Assembly (NCBI GenBank): GCA_036518595.1
Contig: DATDMW010000039.1
Span: 1 to 37,589 of the forward strand
Length of the DNA: 37,589 bases
DNA from: Burkholderiales bacterium
Lineage (GTDB): Bacteria > Pseudomonadota > Gammaproteobacteria > Burkholderiales > SG8-39
Reading direction: 5' to 3'
The position numbers and the translations under genes were made by a program. The notes below the pieces were generated by a model that was not told where the DNA came from, ran no database searches, and was given only the letters and a program-made list of their open reading frames with translations. Shown one piece after another: positions 8,150-15,624 of this stretch. The number at the start of each line of letters is the position of its first letter. Positions within the stretch are counted from its first letter, which is position 1.

Positions 8150-8779
8150 ATGGCCAGAATGAAATTCCTCTGCGACGCCGAGCGCTGCATCGAGTGCAAC
8201 GGCTGCGTGACGGCGTGCAAGCAGGAGAACGAGGTTCCCTGGGGCGTCAACCGCCGCCGCGTCGTGACCATCAACGACGGCGTCATCGGCGCCGAGAAAT
8301 CGATCTCGGTCGCGTGCATGCATTGCTCCGACGCGCCGTGCATGGCGGTGTGCCCGGTCGATTGCTTCTACCGCACCGACGAGGGCGTGGTCCTGCACGA
8401 CAAGGACCTGTGCATCGGCTGCGGCTACTGCTTCTACGCCTGCCCGTTCGGGGCGCCGCAGTTCCCGCAGGCGGGCGCCTTCGGCCTGCGCGGCAAGATG
8501 GACAAGTGCACGTTCTGCGCCGGCGGCCCCGAGAAGGACCTGTCGCGCGAGGAGTTCGTCAAGTACGGCTCGAACCGCCTCGCGCAGGGCAAGTTGCCGG
8601 CGTGTGCGGAGATGTGCTCGACGAAGGCGCTTCTGGGCGGCGACGGCGACGTCATCGCCGACATCTACCGCACGCGCGTGCTCAAGCGCGGCCGTGGCTC
8701 GGAGGTCTGGGGCTGGGGCACCGCCTACGGCAAGCCCGACAATCCGCAGGCGCGTCCCGCGCCGGGGACGAAATCATGA
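8150..8779 (+). CDS. fdhB: Formate dehydrogenase iron-sulfur (beta) subunit, four [4Fe-4S] motifs, no C-terminal TM helix
   Basis: 209 aa. Motifs: CIECNGCVTAC, CMHCSDAPCMAVCP, CIGCGYCFYACP, CTFCAGG...CAEMC. AAGGAG lies 6 nt upstream of the ATG. Confidence 0.9.
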   Translation: MARMKFLCDAERCIECNGCVTACKQENEVPWGVNRRRVVTINDGVIGAEKSISVACMHCSDAPCMAVCPVDCFYRTDEGVVLHDKDLCIGCGYCFYACPFGAPQFPQAGAFGLRGKMDKCTFCAGGPEKDLSREEFVKYGSNRLAQGKLPACAEMCSTKALLGGDGDVIADIYRTRVLKRGRGSEVWGWGTAYGKPDNPQARPAPGTKS

Positions 8780-9036
8780 GCCGCGTCGCGAAGGCCGCGG
8801 CGATTTTCGCCGCTGCGTGTCTGGCCGCGGGCCTCGCCGGCTGCGGCGAGCGCGAGCAGGTCGTCGTCTACAAGCAGGGCAAGTACCAGGGCAAGCCCGA
8901 CGCCAAGCCCTGGGACAGCGAGCCGAGCGCCGCGGTCTACACGCCGCAGCAGTGGACGAAGGGCGACCAGACGAGCTGGGAGAACGCGCTGAAGGCGCGC
9001 AATCTCACGCAGAACGAATACAACCGAGCCGAGTAG
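8776..9036 (+). CDS. 86-aa predicted lipoprotein embedded between fdhB and fdhC
   Basis: Internal ATG of ORF 8194..9036. It forms an ATGA overlap with the fdhB stop. MSRVAKAAAIFAAACLAAGLAGC is a signal peptide plus lipobox (LAGC). No family recognised. Confidence 0.65.
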   Translation: MSRVAKAAAIFAAACLAAGLAGCGEREQVVVYKQGKYQGKPDAKPWDSEPSAAVYTPQQWTKGDQTSWENALKARNLTQNEYNRAE

Positions 9037-9047
9037 AGGGCGCCTTG

Positions 9048-10100
9048 ATGAAGTCCATCGCACGGCAAGCGCTCTTCCTTTTCGTGTTGGGGCTGGGACT
9101 CGCGACGCTCGCGCCGGCGAGCCTGGCTCAGCAGTCGACTCCGCCGCCCGAGCAGAACCCGACGCAGGCGGAGATGGACCGACAGCAGGCGCAGCCCGGC
9201 AACAATGCGCCGGTCTGGCGCGAGGTGCGCAAGGGCACTCCGCAGTACACCTCCATCCCGGGGCGCGAGACCACGGTCCTGATCCAGAGCTACGGCGAGA
9301 CGTGGCGGCAGCTGAAGAACTTCTGGATCACGCCGATCGCCGGCTGGTTCGTCGCGGCGATCGTGGTCATCATCGGCCTGTTCTACGCCTGGCGCGGCAA
9401 GATCACGGTGCACGAGCCGCCCACGGGCCGGCTGATCGAGCGCTTCACGCCGTTCGAGCGCTACATGCACTGGACGGTCGCGATCACGTTCTCGATCCTG
9501 GGCATCACGGGGCTCGTCATGATGCTCGGAAAGTACGTGCTGCTGCCGGTGATCGGGTACACGCTGTTCGGCTGGCTCGCTCAGCTCTCGAAGCACCTGC
9601 ACAATTTCGTCGGGCCGCTGTTCGCGCTGAGCGCGGCGGTGATGATCGTCAAGTGGGCATGGGACAACCGGCCGCGCACGGGCGACTTGCGCTGGCTGTT
9701 GCACCTGGGCGGCATGGTCTCGGGGCGCCATATGCCGTCGTGGCGCTTCAACGCCGGCGAGAAAGTTTGGTTCTGGGTCGGCGTGGTGGTGCTCGGTATC
9801 ATCGTCAGTGCGTCGGGATTCGTGCTGAACTTCCCGAATTTCGACCAGGTCCGCGCCGTCATGATCCAGGCCAACGTCGTGCACGCGGTCGGCGCCGGGC
9901 TGTTCATCGCGATCTCGCTCGGACACATCTATCTCGGCACGATCGGGCTCGCCGGGGCCTACGACGCGATGCGTCACGGCTATGTCGACGAGGCCTGGGC
10001 CAGGGAACACCACGAGTACTGGTACAACGACATCAAATCGGGCAAGGTGAGGACCGGCACCGCCGTCGGCGTGCCCGCCGCGCCGCAGGCGCAGCACTGA
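9048..10100 (+). CDS. fdhC: Formate dehydrogenase cytochrome-b (gamma) subunit with N-terminal signal and periplasmic extension
   Basis: Internal ATG of ORF 8604..10100. Signal-like MKSIARQALFLFVLGLGLATLAPASLAQQ. Four hydrophobic helices carry conserved His (YMHWTVAITF, HLHNFVGPLF, VVHAVGAG...LGHIYLG), as in FdnI-type subunits. Confidence 0.85.
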   Translation: MKSIARQALFLFVLGLGLATLAPASLAQQSTPPPEQNPTQAEMDRQQAQPGNNAPVWREVRKGTPQYTSIPGRETTVLIQSYGETWRQLKNFWITPIAGWFVAAIVVIIGLFYAWRGKITVHEPPTGRLIERFTPFERYMHWTVAITFSILGITGLVMMLGKYVLLPVIGYTLFGWLAQLSKHLHNFVGPLFALSAAVMIVKWAWDNRPRTGDLRWLLHLGGMVSGRHMPSWRFNAGEKVWFWVGVVVLGIIVSASGFVLNFPNFDQVRAVMIQANVVHAVGAGLFIAISLGHIYLGTIGLAGAYDAMRHGYVDEAWAREHHEYWYNDIKSGKVRTGTAVGVPAAPQAQH

Positions 10101-10113
10101 GGAGGAAATCGAC

Positions 10114-10338
10114 ATGAGGGGTATCCGTTTCGCTTTGCTGGCGCTCGCATTGGGTCTGGGAGGCACCGCCTGGGCGAAGCTCCCGCCGCCGTCCCCGGAA
10201 GCGGCCGCCAAGGCGGCCGAGGTCAAGCAGAAGGCGGACGAGGCCGCGAAAAAGGACGCCGCGGACCTGGCCAAGGCGCAGGACCGGACGGTGGCGAACT
10301 ACAAGAAAAACAAGGCCGCGGGGGGCCAGAAGCGGTAG
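10114..10338 (+). CDS. 74-aa exported Lys/Ala-rich protein, last gene of the fdh operon
   Basis: Signal peptide MRGIRFALLALALGLGGTAWA. The mature part is low-complexity (AAAKAAEVKQKADEAAKKDAADLAKAQ). It starts 13 nt after fdhC and is followed by the terminator. Confidence 0.55.
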   Translation: MRGIRFALLALALGLGGTAWAKLPPPSPEAAAKAAEVKQKADEAAKKDAADLAKAQDRTVANYKKNKAAGGQKR

Positions 10339-10360
10339 CCTGTCCGGGCCTTCACGGACG

Positions 10361-10396
10361 AAAAAGGGGCGCTGCGGCGCCCCTTCTCTTTTTCTT
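10361..10396 (+). terminator. Rho-independent terminator of the fdh operon
   Basis: AAAAA-GGGGCGC-TGCG-GCGCCCC-TTCTCTTTTTCTT. The stem is 10366-10372 paired with 10377-10383, followed by a T-rich tail. Confidence 0.85.
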
Positions 10397-10543
10397 CCCG
10401 CAATTTGCCGCGCCCGCCGGGGGCAGCCCGGGGAACTTTTCCGGCGTTCACGCCCTTAATGATATTAAGGTGGCAACAAGAGCGCGCCCGGTCCCCCCAC
10501 TGGCGCCGTTCCTGAGCGATTTTCGGAGGCGGATGGCGCACAC

Positions 10544-10984
10544 ATGGACGAGCTGAAACCGGTCGACATCCTTCTCGTCGAGGACAATTCCGCGGACGCG
10601 GAAATGACCTTGCGCGCGCTCAGGAAGCGCAATCTCTCGAACCAGGTCCACTGGGTCAAGGACGGTCCCGAGGCGCTGGACTTTCTGTTCCACCGCGGCG
10701 CGTACGGAAAACGGCCGTCGGGCAATCCGAAGATCGTCCTGCTCGACCTGAAGATGCCCAAGATGGACGGCATCGAGGTCCTGCGCAAGATCCGCGAGGA
10801 CGACCGGACGCGGCTGGTCCCGGTCGTCATGCTGACCTCGAGCGCGGAGGAGAACGACATCGTCCGCAGCTACCAGCTCGGGGTCAACAGCTACATCGTG
10901 AAGCCGGTCGAGTTCGACAAGTTCGTCGAGGAGGTCTCGAAGCTCGGCGTCTACTGGGCCATCATGAACCGGGTCCCGTCCTGA
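10544..10984 (+). CDS. Stand-alone response-regulator receiver protein (CheY/Rcp-like)
   Basis: 146 aa. [30 protein letters not shown] and IVKP give the complete set of REC signature residues. No output domain. Confidence 0.9.
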   Translation: MDELKPVDILLVEDNSADAEMTLRALRKRNLSNQVHWVKDGPEALDFLFHRGAYGKRPSGNPKIVLLDLKMPKMDGIEVLRKIREDDRTRLVPVVMLTSSAEENDIVRSYQLGVNSYIVKPVEFDKFVEEVSKLGVYWAIMNRVPS

Positions 10985-11003
10985 GCGCCTGAACGCCGGC
11001 TTC

Positions 11004-13613
11004 ATGGAAGCGCCTATCCGGGTCCTCGTCATCGAGGACGTCGCCGCCGACGTCGAGCTCGAGCTGCACGAGCTCAGGCGCTTCGGCTTGCGCTGCGAGG
11101 GCCGCTGCGTCGAGACCGAGCCCGATTTCCGGCGCGAGCTGGAGGACTTCCGCCCCCACGTGATTCTTTCCGATTTTTCCATGCCGCACTTCGACGGCAT
11201 GACCGCGCTCGCCATCGCGCGCGAGCGGCACGCGGAGATCCCCTTCATCTTCGTTTCCGGGACCATCGGCGAGGAATACGCGATCCGCGCGCTGAAGAAC
11301 GGCGCGACGGACTACGTGCTGAAGACGAACCTCGTGCGCCTGCCGCCCGCGGTCGAGCGCGCGCTGCAGGACGCGCGCGACCGCGCGGCGCACAGCAGGG
11401 CCGAGACCGAGCTCGAGGAGACACGCGCGCGGCTCCAGAGCGTCGTGTCCTCGCTGCGCGCCGTGGTGTGGTCCGTGGCCGTCCCCTCGCGCCACGTCCT
11501 GTACATCAGCCCTTCGAGCTCGCTCGTCTACCGGCGGACGCCCGAGGAGTTCTACGACCGGCGTGTCGTCTGGTCCGAGGTCATCCACGAGGCCGACCGC
11601 AGCCGGGTCGGCGCGGAGTGGGCCAAAGCAATGGATGGCGGCACGTTCGATTGCGAATACCGGATCTTCACGCCCGACGGAGCGGTGCGCTGGGTGCACA
11701 GCCGCGGCACGCCGGTGAAAGACGCCCGCGGAGCGGTGTGCCGCATCGACGGCATCGCGCGCGACATCACCGAGCGGCACGAGCAGGCGCTGAAGATCGC
11801 GCACCTCAGCCGCATCCACGCGGTGCTGAGCGGCATCAACGCGGCCATGCTGCGCACCCGCGAGCGCCAGAGCCTCTTCGACGAAGCCTGCCGCGTCGCG
11901 GTCCAGGCGGGCGACTTCAAGATGGCGTGGATCGGCGTGATCGATCCCGCGACGCTGGACGGCAGGCCGGTTGCCTGGGCCGGCGCGGATGACGAGTACA
12001 TCTCCAAGGCCAGGCTCAGCGCGCGCGCGGACGCGTCCGAAGGCGGGCGGCCGGCGAGCCGCGCGCTGCGGACCGCGAGCCCCGTGATCTGCGACGATCT
12101 CGAGACCGAGCCCTCGGTCGCGGACCGGCGCGAGGACATGCTCGCCCGAGGATACCGCTCGCTCGGTGCCTTCCCGATTCCGCTCGACGGGCGGCCGCAC
12201 GCCGTGCTGGTCCTGTACGCCGGAGATCCCGGGTTCTTCGACGATGAGGAGGTGAGCCTGCTGAAGGAGCTCGCGGCGGACATCTCGTTCGCGCTGGACA
12301 ACATCGGCCGGGAGGAGAAGCTCAACTACCTCGCCTACTACGACACGCTCACCGGCCTCGCGAACCGCGATCTGTACCGCGAGCGCCTCGAGCAGAGCCT
12401 GCGCGCGGCGAAGTCGGAACGCCGCGCGCTCGCGGTGGTGATGTTCGACATCGAGCGCTTCCGCTACATCAACGACACGCTGGGACGGAACAACGCGGAC
12501 AACGTCCTGCGCCAGCTCGCACGGCGGCTCGCGGAGGCGGTACCCGACCGCAGCGACCTCGCGCGCATCAACGCCGATTGCTTCGCCGCGTCGTTTCGCG
12601 ACGTTCGGGAGGCCGAGCTCGGGCGCTTCCTGCGCGACCGCGTGTTCCCGTCGCTGAGCCGGCCCTTCGCGGTCGACGGCGAGCCGTTGCGCATCTCGGT
12701 GCGCGCCGGGATCTCGCTCTATCCGAACGACGGCGCCGATCCCGAGGTCCTGATGCGCAACGCCGATGCCGCGCTGCAGGACGCGAAGACGCGCAACGAG
12801 CACTACTCGTTCTACGCCCCGGACATGAACTCACGCGTCGCGGTGAACCTCGTGCTCGAGAACAAGCTGCGCTCGGCGCTCGAGAAGCGCGAGTTCGTTC
12901 TGTACTACCAGCCGAAGGTCGATCTCGACTCGGGCCGCGTGGTGGGGCTCGAAGCCCTGATGCGGTGGAACGACCGCGACCAGGGACTGGTGCACCCGCT
13001 CACCTTCATCCCGCTGCTCGAGGAGACGGGGCTCATCCTCGAGGTTGGCGCCTGGGCGCTGGAGCAGGCCGCGACGGACTACCGTGCGCTGTCCGAGTCG
13101 GTGGCCGACTGCCCCCGGATCGCCGTGAACGTCTCGCCGCTGCAGCTGCGGCAGAAGGACTTCGCCGCGGCGGTGGGCGCCGCCGTGCGCGCCGACGGTC
13201 ACGCCCTCGGCCTGGACATCGAGATCACCGAGAGCGTGGTCATGGACCACATCGAGAACAACATCGCCAAGCTCAAGGCGATCCGGGACATGGGCGTCGG
13301 CATCGCCATCGACGACTTCGGCACCGGCTACTCGTCGCTCGCGTACATCTCCAGGCTCCCGGTGAACACGCTCAAGATCGACCGCTCGTTCGTCCATACC
13401 ATGGCGCGCAACGCGGAGGACCAGAGCATCGTCTCGAGCATCATCTCGCTCGCGCACTCGCTGCGCCTGAAGGTCGTGGCCGAGGGCGTGGAGACCCAGG
13501 AGCAGCGCGCGCTGCTGCGCTCGCTCGGGTGTGACGAGATGCAGGGCTTCCTGCTCGCGCCCGCGGTTCCCATCGGCCGGGTTCGGGACCTGCTGCGCAC
13601 CGGCCGCAGCTAG
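11004..13613 (+). CDS. REC-PAS-GAF-GGDEF(degenerate)-EAL c-di-GMP phosphodiesterase-type protein
   Basis: 869 aa. N-terminal receiver (VLVIEDV...ILSDFSMPHFDG). GGDEF-fold region LTGLANR...FDIERFRYINDTLG, with NADCF (12570-12584) where GGDEF is expected. EAL motifs are intact: EALMRW (12951-12959), NVSP, EITE, DDFGTGYSSL, KIDRSF, EGVET, QGF. Confidence 0.9.
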   Translation: MEAPIRVLVIEDVAADVELELHELRRFGLRCEGRCVETEPDFRRELEDFRPHVILSDFSMPHFDGMTALAIARERHAEIPFIFVSGTIGEEYAIRALKNGATDYVLKTNLVRLPPAVERALQDARDRAAHSRAETELEETRARLQSVVSSLRAVVWSVAVPSRHVLYISPSSSLVYRRTPEEFYDRRVVWSEVIHEADRSRVGAEWAKAMDGGTFDCEYRIFTPDGAVRWVHSRGTPVKDARGAVCRIDGIARDITERHEQALKIAHLSRIHAVLSGINAAMLRTRERQSLFDEACRVAVQAGDFKMAWIGVIDPATLDGRPVAWAGADDEYISKARLSARADASEGGRPASRALRTASPVICDDLETEPSVADRREDMLARGYRSLGAFPIPLDGRPHAVLVLYAGDPGFFDDEEVSLLKELAADISFALDNIGREEKLNYLAYYDTLTGLANRDLYRERLEQSLRAAKSERRALAVVMFDIERFRYINDTLGRNNADNVLRQLARRLAEAVPDRSDLARINADCFAASFRDVREAELGRFLRDRVFPSLSRPFAVDGEPLRISVRAGISLYPNDGADPEVLMRNADAALQDAKTRNEHYSFYAPDMNSRVAVNLVLENKLRSALEKREFVLYYQPKVDLDSGRVVGLEALMRWNDRDQGLVHPLTFIPLLEETGLILEVGAWALEQAATDYRALSESVADCPRIAVNVSPLQLRQKDFAAAVGAAVRADGHALGLDIEITESVVMDHIENNIAKLKAIRDMGVGIAIDDFGTGYSSLAYISRLPVNTLKIDRSFVHTMARNAEDQSIVSSIISLAHSLRLKVVAEGVETQEQRALLRSLGCDEMQGFLLAPAVPIGRVRDLLRTGRS

Positions 13614-13732
13614 TGCGCGACTCCCGGCGCGCCGCTCCCGCGAGCGGATCTGCGATCAGGTGGTGCGCGGCGGCGACCGCGGCGAAGCCGATGAAATATA
13701 CTTTCGCGACCGACCTGCCTGCAACCGCCCAC

Positions 13733-14083
13733 ATGATAAAGGCCCGAGTCGAGCTCCACCTCCGCGTCGTCAAGGGTCGCCGGCGTGCCGTCGGCCCGGG
13801 GAAGATCGCGCTCCTCGAGGCGATCGCCGACACCGGCTCGATCTCCGCCGCCGCGCGCAAGCTCGGCATGTCGTACCGGCGCGCGTGGGTGCTGGTCGAC
13901 GACCTGAACCGGCAGCTCCCGAGGGCGGTCGTGCAGGCCGTCCCCGGAGGGCGGCATGGCGGCGGCACCATCCTCTCGCCGACCGGACACCGCCTGGTGG
14001 CGCTCTACCGCCGCATCGAGCGCAAGGCGTTGCGGCTGACCGCGGCCGAGACGCGCAGCCTCGTTTCCCTGCTTTCGAAATAG
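13733..14083 (+). CDS. ModE N-terminal-domain-only (Mop-less) winged-HTH regulator
   Basis: GKIALLEAIADTGSISAAARKLGMSYRRAWVLVDDLN...GGRHGGGTILSPTGHRL matches the ModE DNA-binding domain. The protein ends after about 116 aa with no Mop/TOBE domains. Start is uncertain: ATG 13733 is preferred by alignment to ModE N-termini, with ATG 13691 and GTG 13613 as alternatives. Confidence 0.75.
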   Translation: MIKARVELHLRVVKGRRRAVGPGKIALLEAIADTGSISAAARKLGMSYRRAWVLVDDLNRQLPRAVVQAVPGGRHGGGTILSPTGHRLVALYRRIERKALRLTAAETRSLVSLLSK

Positions 14084-14115
14084 AGCCCGCGGCCGGACGG
14101 GCGGTTTGGCGAGAT

Positions 14116-14143
14116 ATCGCTATATATGTCAGGATATAGCGAT
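14116..14143. promoter_or_regulatory. ModE-type operator upstream of modA
   Basis: Perfect 10-bp inverted repeat ATCGCTATAT-N8-ATATAGCGAT. It resembles the proteobacterial ModE box (CGnTATAT...ATATAnCG) and lies 22 nt upstream of the modA ATG at 14165. Confidence 0.75.
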
Positions 14144-14164
14144 AGCGGGTGGAGGAGGATCGGG

Positions 14165-14914
14165 ATGCAGACGTGGTGGTTGCGGGTCGCGACGAGTTTG
14201 GGAGTGCTGGCGCTCGCGGGCTCGGCGGCCGCCGAAAACCTGACGGTGTTCGCGGCGGCGAGCCTCAAGGATGCGCTGGACGCGAACGTGAAAGCGTACC
14301 AGGCGAAGAGCGGCGACCGGATCGCCGTCTCTTACGCCGCGAGCTCGGCGCTCGCGAAGCAGATCGAGGCCGGCGCGCCGGCCGATCTGTTCCTCTCGGC
14401 CGATCTCGACTGGATGGACTATCTCGAGCAGCGCAAGCTCGTCCGGGCCGGTACGCGCCGGAACCTGCTCAGGAATCACCTGGTGCTGATCGCGCCCGCG
14501 GGCAGCAATCTTTCCGTAAACATTGCGCCGGGGTTTCCGGTCGCAAGACTGCTCGGCGGCGGGCGTCTCGCGATGGCCAACCCGGATTCGGTCCCCGCCG
14601 GAAAATACGGCAAGGCCGCTCTCGCGGCGCTCGGCGTCTGGAAGGACGTCGAACCGAAGGTGGCGGCCGCCGAGAACGTGCGCGCCGCGTTGGCACTGGT
14701 GTCGCGCGGCGAAGCGCCGCTCGGCATCGTCTATCGCACCGACGCGGCGGCCGAGCCGCGCGTCGAGGTCGTCGGGACGTTTCCCGAGGACACGCACCCG
14801 CCGATCGTCTATCCGATCGCCGTGACCGCGTCGGGCAAGCCCGCCGCGGCCGCGTTCGAGGACTGGCTCGGCGGCGCCGAGGCGCACAGGACGTTCGGGA
14901 AGTACGGCTTCTGA
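14165..14914 (+). CDS. modA: Molybdate ABC transporter periplasmic binding protein
   Basis: Signal peptide MQTWWLRVATSLGVLALAGSAAA, then ENLTVFAAASLKDALD...YAASSALAKQIE.GAPADLFLSAD. Start moved from 14126 (which lies inside the operator) to the ATG at 14165, downstream of GGAGGAGGA. Confidence 0.9.
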   Translation: MQTWWLRVATSLGVLALAGSAAAENLTVFAAASLKDALDANVKAYQAKSGDRIAVSYAASSALAKQIEAGAPADLFLSADLDWMDYLEQRKLVRAGTRRNLLRNHLVLIAPAGSNLSVNIAPGFPVARLLGGGRLAMANPDSVPAGKYGKAALAALGVWKDVEPKVAAAENVRAALALVSRGEAPLGIVYRTDAAAEPRVEVVGTFPEDTHPPIVYPIAVTASGKPAAAAFEDWLGGAEAHRTFGKYGF

Positions 14915-15624
14915 TGGGGCTCGCGCCGGAAGAGCAGGAGGTGTTGCTGCTCAGCCTGCGCGTGGCGTTCTGGAGCGTCGCCGTCAGCCTGCCTTTCGCG
15001 GTGGCGGTGGCCTACCTTCTCGCGCGTGGCAATTTTCCCGGCAAGACGCTCTTCGACGCAGTCGTGCACCTGCCGCTCGTGCTGCCGCCCGTCGTGGTCG
15101 GGTACTTCCTTCTGCTCCTCTTCGGCAAACGCGGGCCGGTCGGCTCGCTGCTCGACGAGTGGCTCGGCGTGACGCTCGTCTTCCGCTGGACCGGCGCCGC
15201 GCTCGCGGCGGCGGTGATGGGCTTCCCGCTGATGGTGCGCGCGATCCGCCTGTCGTTCGAGACGATCGACCGCCGGCTGGAGGCTGCGGCGAGCACGCTG
15301 GGCGCGGGGCGCCTCGGCGTGTTCGCGACGGTGACGCTGCCGCTCGCGCTCCCCGGCGTGCTCACCGGGATCCTGCTTTCGTTCGCGCGCGGTCTCGGTG
15401 AGTTCGGCGCCACGATCACCTTCGTCTCCAACATCCCGGGCGAGACCCGCACGCTGCCGCTCGCGATCTACACGTATACACAGGTCCCGGCGGGCGACGC
15501 GCCTGCGCTGCGGCTCAGCCTGATCGCGGTCGCGCTGTCGCTCGCTGCGCTGTTCGTTTCCGAGGTCATGGTGCGCCGGGCCACGCGCAGGATCATGGGC
15601 GATGACGCTGACGCTCGACATTGA
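14914..15624 (+). CDS. modB: Molybdate ABC transporter permease
   Basis: Internal ATG of ORF 14149..15624, overlapping the modA stop (TGATG). Contains the ABC permease EAA-type loop (AASTLGAG...TVTLPLALPG) and ModB-typical FARGLGEFGAT. Confidence 0.9.
   Translation: MGLAPEEQEVLLLSLRVAFWSVAVSLPFAVAVAYLLARGNFPGKTLFDAVVHLPLVLPPVVVGYFLLLLFGKRGPVGSLLDEWLGVTLVFRWTGAALAAAVMGFPLMVRAIRLSFETIDRRLEAAASTLGAGRLGVFATVTLPLALPGVLTGILLSFARGLGEFGATITFVSNIPGETRTLPLAIYTYTQVPAGDAPALRLSLIAVALSLAALFVSEVMVRRATRRIMGDDADARH

Noticed and set aside
8194-9047. Possible frameshifted or fused genes suggested by the long ORFs 8194..9036 and 8604..10100 overlapping fdhB.
   Set aside because: The upstream parts are off-frame read-through of fdhB with junk translations. 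Clean internal ATGs (8776 and 9048), each followed by a signal peptide, explain the real genes without invoking frameshifts.
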